A stretch of DNA of 64,000 nt from Geosiphon pyriformis uo1 (lineage: Eukaryota; Fungi; Glomeromycota), in contig JAAOMT010000128.1 in NCBI GenBank assembly GCA_016748015.1, positions 7,538-71,537 on the forward strand, read 5' to 3'. The position numbers were made by a program, and so were the translations under genes. Below the pieces are notes generated by a model. The model worked only from the letters and a program-made list of their open reading frames with translations. It was not told the DNA's origin and did not search any database. Shown piece after piece: positions 42,307-56,500 of the stretch; position 1 is the stretch's first letter; each line of letters opens with the position of its first letter.

Positions 42307-45074
42307 CTAACAGTTTTGGTTCAATCGTGCCTGTTTTTTAAATTTGAGCCAGGGTGGTAATTGACCACCCCAACTTTCATCGATCAGTCTTAGTAATTTG
42401 ACATTAGACTTGTGCCATTTACTCTTAAGATGTTGTTGCCATTCAGTAGAACCGTTGTAAGTGATAATGAGAGATGATGATGATGATGATGATGATGACT
42501 GACAGTTTCGTTCGATATAGGTATTCGCTGAATCATCGAGCGTGTCATTCTGGGCCCCATCAGTCAAAGAATCGGCTGTGGGGGTCGATGATAAATTTGC
42601 AATCCGGTTGCAAATTTCACATTGGTATTTAGTCCAGGAATTAATGCTTTCCGAAGTGCTATGTCATAAAAAATCGACATGAAGAAACTGAATTATAAAA
42701 AATGGAATGCAAGAAAGATAAAATGATTTACTCCAGATTCCTGGTGGGTTTTAAATATTCAGCTGCGCGGGAGTTTATTGTCATGGGATCAGGTCCCTGA
42801 CCAGTCGCCAGAAACTCTTGATAAACAGAATAGATCGAGTTGGTTTTTTAGATTTTCCGTTTGCATAATGTAAAGGTTTCAAGAAATATGGCAATGTTAC
42901 CTCTTGCAATTGATATTGCCAAATCACCAACATCCTTCTTCCAATTATCCAAAGCTCAATTTTAAAGAGAGATTAGTCTCAAAAGATATGAAATTAGAAA
43001 AGAGAGGATGATACATACAAGTTGCATCGAGCATATAAATTTGAGAAACGCCATTCCTAGAAGTGTCAAATGCATTTTGTTGTTGAAACTTTGGTAAAAA
43101 CTTGTTTCTGATCCACCGAATCTGAGTTTTGGCGTAACGGCGAGTCGCGGCTTTCATATTTTCGATGCAATATATCTTTAGATTCTCAAGTTTCGAGATT
43201 ATTTCTTCATAAGAAATTATTATTAGAAGATAAATTGAGGGAATGTTACGAAACCATAATATCAGGAAAAGATTGTGATATGAAATATTGTTATAACCTT
43301 GGTCAGAATCTTTATTAGCTTCTACTGCTGAAAGATACGGGTCAAACTCTTTATATCCTGCAAACGAATTGTTTCAAGTAGAATTTTTAGATGTTAAATT
43401 AAGAGATAAAAAAGTCGTATTCACTTTCTGAATTAAATTACCAATTGCTTGCCATATTCCTCGCGTATAATCCAGCTCTTCTCCTGGAATTTTCATTTCT
43501 CCTCTTTTGGCCTGAACCCTCAGATATTGTATTTCTTCAAATAACCCATTCTATATGGAAAAGAAGGACAATAAAGATATGAATAACTATATTTGAGTTT
43601 TCAAATATTTTTTGAACCACCTCAATCATTTTATCCACTCTCGCATCAAGCCGAGGATTCAAACTCTTAGGATCGGCGTATAACCAGAAAATGCAAGTAG
43701 GAGAAAATCTGTGAATAGAGTATCGCGTAAGTGTTGGAATTTCCAAGATCATTTTTAACGATAGGTATCTGAATATTCTTTACCGAAGGGAATTCCCTTT
43801 CTCATCAGGGTGATGCTGCTCATCTATAAATTCGCTGTGACGCTTGCCAGTGCGCAAAAAGATCTATAATGAAATTTCAATTTTGAAAATTTATAATGAT
43901 CTTAATCAAAAATTATGGAATCTAATTGGAAAAGAACCTCCAAACTCCTACGAATCTTTCTTCTATCATTATGATGCCATTTATTGGCCATGATAGAATC
44001 CACTTCTTGTAAACGCTTATACAAAATGGGTGTCTCGACGTTCAAGTCTTCATGTTCGGAATCATTGTACTCTTCGATATCACTAGAGCTTCCAATTAAA
44101 GAATTTTTCCAAAGTAAATTTTGAATATAATAATGTGTTCCCCCAACAACTATCGGGTTCAAACCACATGAATGGATTTTATTAATCTAATGGTGTAAGA
44201 GAGAGCATAAATTTCATGGATACATTGACACATTTCTAAAGATGAGAAATCCTATGAGACGTACAATTTTTAAAGCATCCTTTGTGAACTCTGTAACTTT
44301 ATATTCCTGCTGCAATTCTAAGAAGTCCATAAGATGATGTGCTATCCCCTCACGTTCGAGGACTGGTAATTTATTGGTGATAACATCCATTCCTTTGTAA
44401 ACCTGAGAGGTGATTATCGAAAATGCAAATAAAATATTTTCGCAAAGTTGTAGAGAATGACTTGAGCTTTTGGGTGCTTTATCTTTAGAGCAGTCGTTTT
44501 CTTAGCGCCAATACGAAGAAACATTGTCAAGTCGATTTCGCACCAGCCCCCAAAATTAACATAATTATTTTAGATGAGCATTGAAAATTAATAAATTACC
44601 CAGACGTTGGTATCAAATTCTCAATGAAACTATTGAATGACGATCTAGGCTTATTCGATTTTTCTTTGTGTAAAAACTTTTATTTCATTAAGGAGATCCA
44701 AAGGTCCAAAAACCGAGAAAATAAAATGGGAACAAAATTCACCAAGAGAAACTCAAAATTGTATAACATATTCTGGGGCAATAATTTTAATTTAGAATAA
44801 GTTGTGAAGACATTATAATAGTTGAACTGGAACAGAGATCCATGTAAAAATGCCCCAAGGTAATATTTGATTTTTTTCATATTCCAAGTGATAGGATAAT
44901 GCTCCTGGCCTCACAGAGTCAACCACCAGGGGGTCTTGCCATCTATTGAACAGTCTTTACCTGCATTGAATCGCCATTTATAATCTCCCCTCCTAAAGCT
45001 TTGGCTAACTGTACTGCTAGATCAGATTTACCAACACCTGTTGTTCCAATAATGGCAATTAAGGCTTTATTCAT
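42307..45074 (-). CDS. MOD5: tRNA dimethylallyltransferase (IPP transferase); multi-exon
   Basis: [11 protein letters not shown]-loop, [66 protein letters not shown]-terminal CEIC...HLKSKWH zinc finger. Confidence 0.93.
44403..44960 (-). other. Unusually long (558 nt) first intron of MOD5 with several inverted repeats
   Basis: GT-AG boundaries join DSMQ to VYKG. Most other introns in the window are about 70-130 nt. Confidence 0.85.
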
Positions 45075-45292
45075 TATGTTAAAATGTCAAAGAGATCGAT
45101 GTAAAAATTGAAATTATTCCCGAGACTAAAAATAGACTTTCCTAAATTACGATCAATTGTACTACTTTCGAAGTGACCACGTGCATCCTAACTATTACTT
45201 GCCAACGGGTAATGAATTGGAAGCCTTGCCTTCGACTCGTTACGTTCAAAGTTCTTAATTCAACGGTAGCCTTGGGCACTTTTCAGTAACCT
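45075..45292. promoter_or_regulatory. Compact divergent (bidirectional) promoter between MOD5 and SEC3
   Basis: Head-to-head ATGs at 45074 (-) and 45293 (+) with 218 bp between them. Confidence 0.65.
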
Positions 45293-48200
45293 ATGGCCGA
45301 ACCGCGACAGGTAGATCCAATTAGACAACAGATCATTCAATCTTTATTTTCCAGCTCTTTTGAAGATCCACGGTCACCAGGTAAAAGTCGCCCAAGCAAC
45401 TATAACTCAGCTTTCCACGTTAATCGGGTTTTAAAATAATATTTTTTAGGGCAAGCTTCTGCATCTGAAGAACTTATTACCTACCTCAAAGTAAATGAGG
45501 AATCTTTTGGTGGTCAATCACCGACTGGCCATGACCGACCTAGCTCTATTTTAAAAAGAACTGGAAAAGGGGATAAAAAGGTCCGATACCTCTTGGTATC
45601 AGGTGGCTATTATTTGTATTTTTTGTTAGTTATAGTGTGCGGAAATTCTGCGAAGGCTAAATAATTTTTTCATGATCATACTGCTTTCAAAAAAAGTAAT
45701 TGTTCGAAAAAATAAAGTGCGATTACACAAATCAAAAAAAAGTCCCCATAATTTTTCCATCGGCAAAACATGGCCCTTAGAAGAAATTCGTTCCATAGAA
45801 TTGATCGACGTATGTATTCAGTCTAAATTATTTTATTTCCAAAAAAAAAAAAAGGATCTTTATAAATTTATAAAAAACATCTCAGTAAATGTTGTTTATA
45901 TTTAGCCTCAAACATTTTTGATGACAATGGCCAAAACTTATTGCTGGTCTACGGAAATCCCACGTGAAAAGAACGATTTCTTGGTCAGCCTTTTGAAGGT
46001 TAACCATTAAACTTAATTAAGAATGCGGTAAAAATATGTTTGCCGTAACAAATTTATTATCTTAATTTTCTAGATTTATGAAAGGCATTACAAGCGAATA
46101 CCTCAATTGATAGGTTTCGATGAAAGCATTTTAAGAGGTAAACCGACCCCATTTTCTACATTAAGCTTATCACCATTTTGCTAAATCAACACATTATCAA
46201 ATATTGAGCCGCTCTCCAGAATTGCAATCTTCCCCTCAGTCTGCGACAAATAATGATACCGAAAGCTATGCTCTTGCATCTTCTCTTCAAAAGCGCTTAA
46301 ATAATAAACCTTCATCCAATATGACTCGGCAGGTTGATCGAAATTTAAAAAATCTTATCAGAAATGGCAGATCGACTCCATCCTTGCTTATAGATGAGCC
46401 TAGTATTGGCCATTATCTGGAAGATGAAGACGGTGATCAGCTCTTGGGAAATTAATCAAAGCTCCTTATTTTTGATCAGGGCTATTATTCACTCCATCAA
46501 TATTTTTTCAGATGCTAAGCAAGAAGAAATATCATTAATTAATGTCGAAGAACTTTTGAACGATTTTAATTGGAAGGAAACAGGAAATGCGGCAGCTTTA
46601 GAGCAAAGACTTTTAAATGAACTTGCAGCTTTGGAAGCTGTATGTAGCTATCAAATTCCCTAATTTTATTGTTCTCAAGGAATTTCATTTATGAATCCCT
46701 AGACTGTATTGTCATATCTAGGCCAATATTCATGCAATGGTTGAATCCGACGATCGACTCACCTCAGTTGTACACCAACTTGATAAGGCCATAGCGGAAT
46801 TAGACCACATGGATCGATGGCTTACCTTATACACTGCAGAATTGAATGTATATATATTTAATAAACATTGTCGTAGGTCTCGATTACGAGCACTATAGAA
46901 TGATTTCTGCCAAATACGTATAATTGATTTGATAATTCTTTAACTATTTTCTGTAGAGCATGGGCGAGGACATTCATCATATCGAATCTCAAAACCGTGG
47001 CTTACAAGTCCAGACTGCAAATCAAAATGCCTTACTCTCTGAGCTAGATCGATTGATTGTATGTTAATATTTTTATAATTTTCATCATCATAGTTTTTTA
47101 TCATATTCTTCGAATGTTTGAAAATTCAATCTTTGTAGCGATCGATCATAATTCCTGATGAAGTATTGAATATATTACGTGAAGGAAATTTGGATACAAT
47201 CCAAGGAGTTCAGGATATTGAAGATGCTGCAGCTCGCTTACAAACTGCGTTGGAGTCCACTTTTGATGAAGGTGAGTCTCCAGTGCTTAAGGTCAAGTTA
47301 TGCAATGGCGTGATATAAATTAAACCTCAAATTCCTTTAAACAGCAACCCGTGGGATGGCAGCAGTGCAAGAGAAAGTGGAATTATATACTTCGCACAGT
47401 AATAATTTCTGTAAGAGGTTACACGAATATTTAAACCTTTTGTTTCAAAATCAGGTAAAACACTTTACTGCGATTTGGGTTAAAATATCCTATCCTTTAT
47501 ATTCGATCGTTTGATGGTTTGAAGCAGTTTTCAATGAATTCTGTCATAGGCAGATGCATTAATCAAAGATAAAACCCGAGGACCGCGTCGCAATAGCCTT
47601 ACTGTTCTCGGCCACGAAGCTATTGAAGATTGTCTCATTAAATATCGTGGTCTCTCATTATGGATGAAGGAAATTGACCCTCGAGGTCATAATGAGCTAC
47701 AGACGGTTTGTAATTTCAAAATATTCATAGTTATACACTCAATTATGAGACTATCCTATCTTTATAAGTTTTCTTTTAGTTATACGTCCAAGCAGTGGAA
47801 CCGATATACAAGAAGGAAACCAAGGAATACATGGCTCAAATGAGATTAATGTTGTCAAAGAGGGAATTAGCTGAGGAGGCTACCTATGGTAGGTCCAAAG
47901 CATGACTCATTAAGTAATATCCCCATATAAACTTAAGAATATCTCTTCTTTAGTTTTTAGTGCGGCATCAAACATTCACAGTCACAGATCTAGCCTCGCT
48001 GGAAGTGGAAATTCAGGAGATTTCAGTAGAGCTCCATGGGAGTTCAAAGATGCTGGTGGAGGAAAGCTTCCCCCCGAAGAGGTGAATAATAGAGCAAAAC
48101 AATAGACTTTGACTTTTATTAAAATACGAAATTAATTTGAATGTGATTCGTTCCTTTATTTTTCAACAACAGGGTTTTGAGCAAATTCTACTGACAATTG

Positions 48201-49930
48201 TCCCTTTAATCGTTCGAGAGCAAAATTTCATATCGGATTACTTTCATCTTGGAAATAAGGGACCGAAAACGTTTTTAAATCGAGAAGAATTAAAGAGATG
48301 GCGGCCTCAAGACTTGAGTATAAAACGAACAGTGATAAAAGATGTCAAAGCCCAAAAGAAATTGTTGTATGTATTCTTTTCCTCCGGTTATTATTTCAGC
48401 AATGATTTTAACTCTACCTGTCTTTATCCCTTTTTTTCTGAAAGAGAACACATGCAATTAATGTTCATGTTTCTATCAGAAGAGCTCATTAACTTCATTG
48501 ATTATGGTTGCAAGCATGATAACATGTATGTATCAAGAACAATTAGCAACCGTGTTATTTTCTTCAGCTATTATATATTTTTATAATATTAAACCTTAAT
48601 AGACAATCAGTCGGTATGCTGGTCGTTATTGAGCGTAACATACACGAATATCAAAAATCTAGTCAAGAATATCTGGTCAAAATGTTGAACAAAGTGAGAT
48701 CACGTTGTATTGATATTTTTGAAAAATTCACGGTAATATATCCAAATCCTTTTTCCTCACGCTGTCCTTTTTCTGATAATTAGACTACGTTTTGATTAAT
48801 TGGTCTCATACCAGAATGAACAACTTAGAGCCATCGAAGAAACTAAAGTTACTTCAAAAAAGCGAAAAGGAATAATTTTATTCATCAAACTCTTTCCAGT
48901 GAGTGTTATTTTCTCTTCAAGATTATAATTGCCCTAAATTCAATGATGAAAAACTATCTTCATTTTTTAGCGTTATTGTGAACGTATAGAACATTCTATG
49001 GAGGGGGCTATTGAGGGATTAGAAGTACGCGGAATTGTCGACAAAGCATACGAAAGAATTGTAAAAACAATGTTCGATTCCCTTGAAGCCATAGCTAATG
49101 ATTCTGGCTCACTTGTCGATGATAAGGAGCAATTGAATTTTCATACAATGATGCTAGGTAAATCAGCGGTTCATTAATGTTGCCATCTCCTATTGATTAG
49201 TTCAAGGTTTTAGCTCATCCCAGTTCTTTTTTATTACAGAAAATATGCACCACTTTTACACTGAAATTAGTACTCGTAAAATAACGGTGCTAGAGCCGTA
49301 CATGAAGCATGCCAAAACTTCATATGATAAACATTTAGAGGCCTATGCAAAGTCTGTTCTGCGAAAACCTTTTGGCAAATTAATGGTAAGTGATGCGACC
49401 TTTTCCAATAACTACTGTGTCTCTTCTAATTGACTCTAATGCTACTAACATATTCGAATTCGTTGAAAATAAGGAATTCTTTGATGGTATTGATGATTTG
49501 CTGAAAACTACAGCGGCTCCTGAGGAAGTTAAATTCCATCTTAGGTTTAATAAAGATTCTTTGAAAAAAGTAGTCGCACAATTTCCGGGGAAAGAGGTAA
49601 ATCCTTTGGTGCTATTTGTTTTTTAAATTCTGTACTCCAGTTGTTTAGTTTTCTAACTCTATTTTATATCCTCTCATCTCTGTTCCTTTCAACTTATTTT
49701 AAAAGATCAAAAAGGGCCTAGAAGCATCTTATAAACGTGTCGATAGACACTTTACTCAAGAAGAAGGATTACTTCAAGTTGTTTGGCGCAACATTGGACA
49801 AACATTAATCGATAATCATAGACGCTACACCACGATTATTAATAAATGTTATCCGGACACGAATATCACCTTGGAATTTACCATTGAAGATTTATTACAT
49901 TATTTATCTGAATTGGCGAGAAGTCACTAA
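45293..49930 (+). CDS. SEC3: Exocyst component Sec3/EXOC1; multi-exon
   Basis: N-terminal PH-like domain RLHKSK...FSIGKTWPLEEIRSIE; LEQRLLNELAALEAANIH; IESQNRGLQVQTANQ; ENMHHFY; EEGLLQVVWR. Stop TAA 49928-49930. Confidence 0.92.
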
Positions 49931-50503
49931 ATTTTGATAGAATCCAATTTGGTTTCTTTCGATTCACCCTCCAATCAATAATGGGTATAAAAATCATATA
50001 TATAGAAGGTAATTGCCGTTATTTTATTTGAGTTTCTTTATTATTTATTTTAGATCTTTTCAAGGTTTAGTTTTTCGCAAATAAATTTTTGGCATTTCAA
50101 AAATATATTAATTTGTAATGTTTTTAAAAAGTACTAAAATCTTGTATTACATAATTAAACAGAAATTCATTTAATAAACTTTTTAGTTATAAAATCTAAA
50201 TTATCTGGTTTTTTATTTTGTTTTAACAATACAAGTTTTAAAATTAAGCATTTATTTTGTTTAATATTTATTTTATTTTTTTATTAAATGTAATTTATTT
50301 ATTTATTATTTATTATTTATTTGTTATTTATTTATTATTTATTATTTTGATAATTTAGTATATAAATTTTTATATAAATATAATTTTATTGTATTAATTT
50401 ATATTATATTACAAATCAAAATTCAATAATAATTATATTTAATTAAATATAATATAAATAATTTATTATAAATTAAATGACTAATTATATATAATACATA
50501 ATA

Positions 50504-53500
50504 TTTTTTTATTAACACATTTAACAAGTGTAGTCCAATCGCTATCTAGTACATAGAGCCAAACTAAGAGGCTCAAACTAAACGCAACTCATATACTTTC
50601 TACATGTGACTAGCCATTCAGGCCAGACAAAGCAACACTACACACTTATATTAATCTGCACACTGCCACTCAGACCAGAAAAAAAACAAAATGGCTTCTG
50701 ACGACCAAAGCTAATAGCAAAAAAATTGGCCACACCAAGCAATCTTATAACACCATCAGACAAAACTGAAGGCACACCATAAGAGAGTCCAAAAACAATA
50801 CCACCATTACAAATCAGACCAGTCTTCTCCATTACCACTTGGTGGCTGGATCTAACCAACCACATCTTAGCACAATGTAACCCAACAACAAACCTAACAT
50901 AATCAACAATCTGAGCAACAGCCATCTTACTATTCTTGAAAATACCGCAAGCCTTCTCATATCACTCCCCCAGCACAAACCCTTTGCAAATCAAAGTATA
51001 CAACCCAACATCAATGGAACATTGTGACAAAACTTGCAATACGGCGGAAGTAGGGGAACCACCAGCCAAAGCTGACCAATGGGCAAAAGCCTCAGCCAAG
51101 ATTTCACCATAAACATCAGACTCATGAACACAAGTAAAAGCATGGTCAGAGAACTCCACCCCACTACACAATAAACACAACACACTAGGGTAGCACTTAT
51201 CATACAATCTTTTTCTGACTGCCACTGGCAATCTCCTGTGCACAGCCTTTATAAGATAAGTGTGAAGTGTTAAGAACTTATGACTAGTGAACCCAGCAAG
51301 CATATGAGAATCAGGATGCCACACTTTCACAGTGACAACCCAATCTATACAACCAATTATTACATCCAGAACCACATCACAACCAGGACCAGTCTCCCAA
51401 TGAACATGACAAATGGACTGAAAAATATCTCTGACAAAATGACAGGCATTGCCAGAAATAGCAACACCTTTAGCAACCAAAAAATGTTTACACACATCAG
51501 CAAAAAGAGAAAAGAGGGATCCAGAGGCAGCCCCAGCAGCCAAGTCAGCCTCCACATTACCGGGAATCCCAGAGTGGCCCTTCACCTTAACCCAACTTAC
51601 ACTAAGATCTTTATTCCTGACCAAATTAAAAATATGATGCCTCTCCAGCCAGCATTGATTACGGAAATTGGGGGTGGCCAAAGACATCTCAGACACACAT
51701 GCATCAATAGTGGCCTGACTGTCAAGATACAACACCACAGTACTTGAAGAAGAAATACACTTCAAGGACAAAGCGACAGCCTGTAATTCAGCTATAGTAG
51801 ATGACAAAAGACCACAAACAGTGACACCAATGCTTTTATCCAAGACCAAGAAGTATGTAGCAGCACCACAGGTGACTTCAGCAAAGCCTGCATTCTTCAA
51901 AGACCCATTCGTAAAAACTTCAAAAAAGCCAGACCAAATGTCATGTAAACTATTTTTCACTGCAGAAAATTCCCCAGACCCCAAAATGTCCAAACCAAGC
52001 TTCTCCACAAAGCTAACAAAATCAGAAAACAAATAACCCTGACTCTTCAAAAATTCAGAAGAAACTACAAACCAATGAGGCACAGAACCACGCGGATCCA
52101 ATCTCTTCCAATGATGAAAAGTTTTCCAATCCAACAAAACACTCTTCTTATCAAAAAATTGATCACCAAAAACAACACCAAAGCATTTAAGAGATTTGAC
52201 TGAATCAAAATACAGAGACTTTCCAAAAATAGAGAACAATGGAAAACGACCAGGACTACAAAATGCAGTAGGGAGGTTGTTTACCAAAGACAGCTCACTG
52301 CCTAAAAAAATTTTCACCATTCCAGCCAAAAAATTGTTCACTGGATTAACACGCAACCTAACCAGAAACTGCAACGGATCCAAAAGAGCCCAACCAAGAA
52401 CCTGTAGATCCAAAAACCTATGACTAAACAAACATCTGAAAATACCAAAGGCATTAGAGAACATTATCAGAGCAGCAATCTTCCTCTCTGACTGCACCTG
52501 CTCAAAAGGCTTTAGGCCATACAATAAGAGATGATGCAAAGCAGCATCAGGAAAATCACAGAGAAGACAAGCCTTAGACCTGAGACCCTTCCTAACCAAG
52601 ACATCCCACTTGCAACAAACATTAGAAAGGACAAAACTGAACTAAATACAATAGCTGACAATAGGCTGCAAAACAGCCGAAACCAGATAAGAGAATTGTT
52701 TATCTGTAATAGCTTTCTTGAGCACAACATTGACAAAGAAATGTACATTTGCATGAGCCTTGACAACACTTGGCCTTGAGAGCCTCTTAGTTGACAAAAA
52801 GATATTCAGATACCAGTATGCTTCACCTTTTCTAGCAATAGAAATTAGCTGACCACAAATGCTTAATGAAGTCACTTTAACACCCTGATTGATAGGAATA
52901 GCTACTATCTTTTCACTGTTGATAGAAATATCATTGACCACAAAAAATTCACTGGCAATGTTCAAAGCATATTGAGTGGAAGCCTAACAATTCCCAACCC
53001 AGATCATATCATCAACAAATGCATCAGCTGAAAAATACAATGTTAAACCACCACTACTCTCAATCCTGCCAGTTTTTGAAACAAACTTAGTATCAATCTG
53101 GTACCCACACAAATGTTCGTGTCTCTTAATCTCACACAAAAGTGGATCATAAAAAATTCTCCATAGAAGTGGCAAAAAAACCTCACTCTGATCCAGCCTA
53201 TTATGCACCTTATAACCATCAGACAAACCAAAGTCAATCATTACCCTATTAACTCTATCCTCATAAATACCACCAAAAAACCTTATGAATCTCTCACACA
53301 TCTTGACATGCCGCAAACTTGCCCTCAAATGATGCCATCCAACTGAATTATAAGCTTTCTGCATATTTTGTAAAACCAACCACAACTTCCTATTTTTCTC
53401 AAGGGCATTCTCAATCACTGAACCGACAGCAAACACCAGAGATTATGTGGATGTACCCTTTAGTACTGAGAAGTTGTCACCTTGAAGAACATTGCTACAA

Positions 53501-56500
53501 GTCATCAAAATATGATCAAACAGAACTTTGAAAAAAAATTTCCTGGCAGTCTCAATCAAAGCAATAAGCCAAGTGTTCATAAGAACCCCATCCCAGTCAT
53601 AAGGCTTAGGAATCATAGACATCTATGCCCTTTTCCACAAAACAGGCACCATACCAACAGACAAATACTTATTGAACAGCACCAATAGACACCCCAAAAC
53701 CACTTCTCTACCATGCTTCCACAACTCATTAGGAATGCCAGACAAACCAGCGGCCTTGCCATCAGATAGACCACCAACAACAGAAAGTAGCTCTCCCATA
53801 CTGATTGTACACATAACACCCAAAAAGGCATCATTCCGAACATAGTCTAAAGGCACATACTGACGAGCCCAAAGATCAAAAAGCACTGACTGCACAGAGC
53901 ATTTCCTTGTCCACCCCTCTATTATCCTGTCCATGCTTGACTTCACTTCTCTAGGCAGCAATACCAAATCATCATCAACTACCAAATGATTCAATACCAC
54001 CTTGTGAAAGAGTCTTTCCAACACACTTCTGATCATACTACTTTTGTTTGAACAGAAATTATCCATACACTTTTCAATTGCCTTCCTAACAGACACTTTC
54101 TCAGCCAATCTCGACTCAAACATCTTAAACTTCCTGTAATCTCTGCAAACCAATAACAAATGCCTAACAACAACATCAGATTTAACCCTTGAATCAACCA
54201 AGTCCTTGAAAGCACAAGCCTTCGCGACATCCAGAGTCAACTATTTACTTACAAGATGATTAGTATCAGACAAGTCACCAGAGCAAAACCTCTTAACAAT
54301 CTTGGCCACTAATATTTCCAGACCAAAAAACCTAGAAAAATGCCCATTTCTTGAACACTTGAACTCACTAAACCAATGCCTTGAAAACGTCACATCAGCA
54401 GAATCTACCATAGCCCCCACCAAGACCACCCATATAGCATCCACATCACCACACATTTCAGCACCAGAGAACACCTCACCCAAAGACAAGAGTTTTGTTG
54501 AAGAGAGATCCTTAAATTTAGCCCATCCAGCACAGTTAACATCCTTGATTTTGAACTTCCAATGGTCTCTATTCGCCTGCTTGCGCAAACTATTCAATTG
54601 AACATCCAGAAGCCCACCCAAACCAACCAAAACCACCACTGTCCTGTAATTAGTGTTAAAGAAGTCTGAAACAGAGACCACTTGATGACCAGCTACAGCA
54701 GAAAACAAATTACCACCAACAAAAATGTAATCAATTGTCTTCCCAACTTCTTTTGAGTTGCTCCACGTATGAAAATTAGCCAAATAATAACTGACAAATG
54801 AGTTGACCCAATCCAGACTCAAACAAAACTTGAAACTAGCACTTTTACTAGATCCATTCTTATTAAAGTCCCCACCCAAGACAACAAAATTGCTGAAGTT
54901 GACAGCCTTTGCAATGAGAGAATTAACTTCAGAAGCCTGACCAAACCTAGCCCCAGATAAAGCACCAGCATACAACCCCAAAACAGTAACTGAAAGCTTG
55001 CCTTTAAACAAGAGCCAAACAGAAATAACTCGACCAGGAATCTCTTCTATCTTAGAAACATGACAAGCCAAAAAAGTGTTCATAATAATAGCAACCCCAG
55101 TACTCATAAAATCTTTATCCAATCCTGAAGAAAAGATTCACACTTCATCAAACTTATCCTTTATCCAAGGCCCAGAAGAGAATCTTAACTTTGTCTTAGT
55201 AATAAAAAAAACCATATTTCCCAAGTCCATATGTCAATGAATAACATCTGCTTGCTTTGCAGGAACATTGATACTTCAAACATTGCACATAGCAAATTTC
55301 CAGACTAAACAGCTTATTGGGATGAAGATGGAAGAGGATGACCCAAATTAGAGCACAAGAGATCTAATCTCACCAGAACAGCACCAATTAAAGCTTCTAA
55401 AGCAGACATCTTAAATTCCAAACCATCCACTTTGGAAGTAAGAACCCTAGAGCCACTTGAGCTAAGAACAGCAGCAGATTTACCAGTACCAGAAAAGGGA
55501 AAAACAGATAAAGTTGATCCATCATTCAAAGCCATATCTAAACCCACAACTGAAGCCGCAAACACAGAGACAACTGGAGACACACCATTAGAGAGAGAAG
55601 CCAATGACACCAAATCGACAAAACTGAGCTTCTTTAATATACCAGAAACCTGATCTGCCAAAATCTCCAAAGAGCATTCCAATGTTGCCAAATGAATGTC
55701 CAATTAAAACATGATAAGAGGATCAGATATCAAAGAAAAAGGAACCGAACCAGAATGCGCACCAGCACTAGAAGAACTAGAGGAAGACACATGAGAGAGA
55801 GAACCACTAACAACTTAAGCCCAAGTTTTACCAGCAAAAGACATGGAACGGGAGATAGGAGCCTGCTTCCTCTTATAAATGCCAGCCAAACAAACCTGAT
55901 CCTGATCAGAAATTACACACTTCCCATGAGATTCAGAATTATTATCCACAAAACAGACACCAGAAACATGACCAAATTGTTTACATGCAGTGCAACAGAC
56001 CAAAGAAAGACCAGTCCAATGTAAATTTGCGCCCTTGAACACCAGAACTGAACCAATAGCCACCAACTTGGATACCTCATTACCAAAACAAATTATTATG
56101 CATCTATCACGAACATAAGAACTAGGATTCCAGCCGATAAAACAAGTCTTCTCACTGTACAATTCCAGCAAGCCTGACAAATCGTAAGCAGTAGTTCCAG
56201 TTGGTAAAGTATAGAGCAAAGCCCTATATTAATCCCTAAATACCCACGTTTGTTTATTATTAATTGCCTTGGCCACACGAACAGAATTCTTTCTCACCAA
56301 CACAGACCATTGAGCTATGATCAAATTAGCCATTTCTGACGATTTATATTCTACTAGGGCCTTCTGCCAAAAACCAATAAGTTGCAACTTAATAGACACA
56401 ATCCTACTAAATTTGGAAAACACTGCCTCAATTGCTGATCTGAAAAGATCTACCAGAATCTCTTTGACGATCACTTCCTGATCCAAGGAGCTATTTACTT

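Noticed and set aside
44676-44900. Possible U12-type intron inside MOD5 intron 1 (TCCTTAAT branch-like motif on minus)
   Set aside because: No RTATCCTT 5' splice site (nearest is TTATCCTA). The coding introns I examined had U2-type GT-AG ends.
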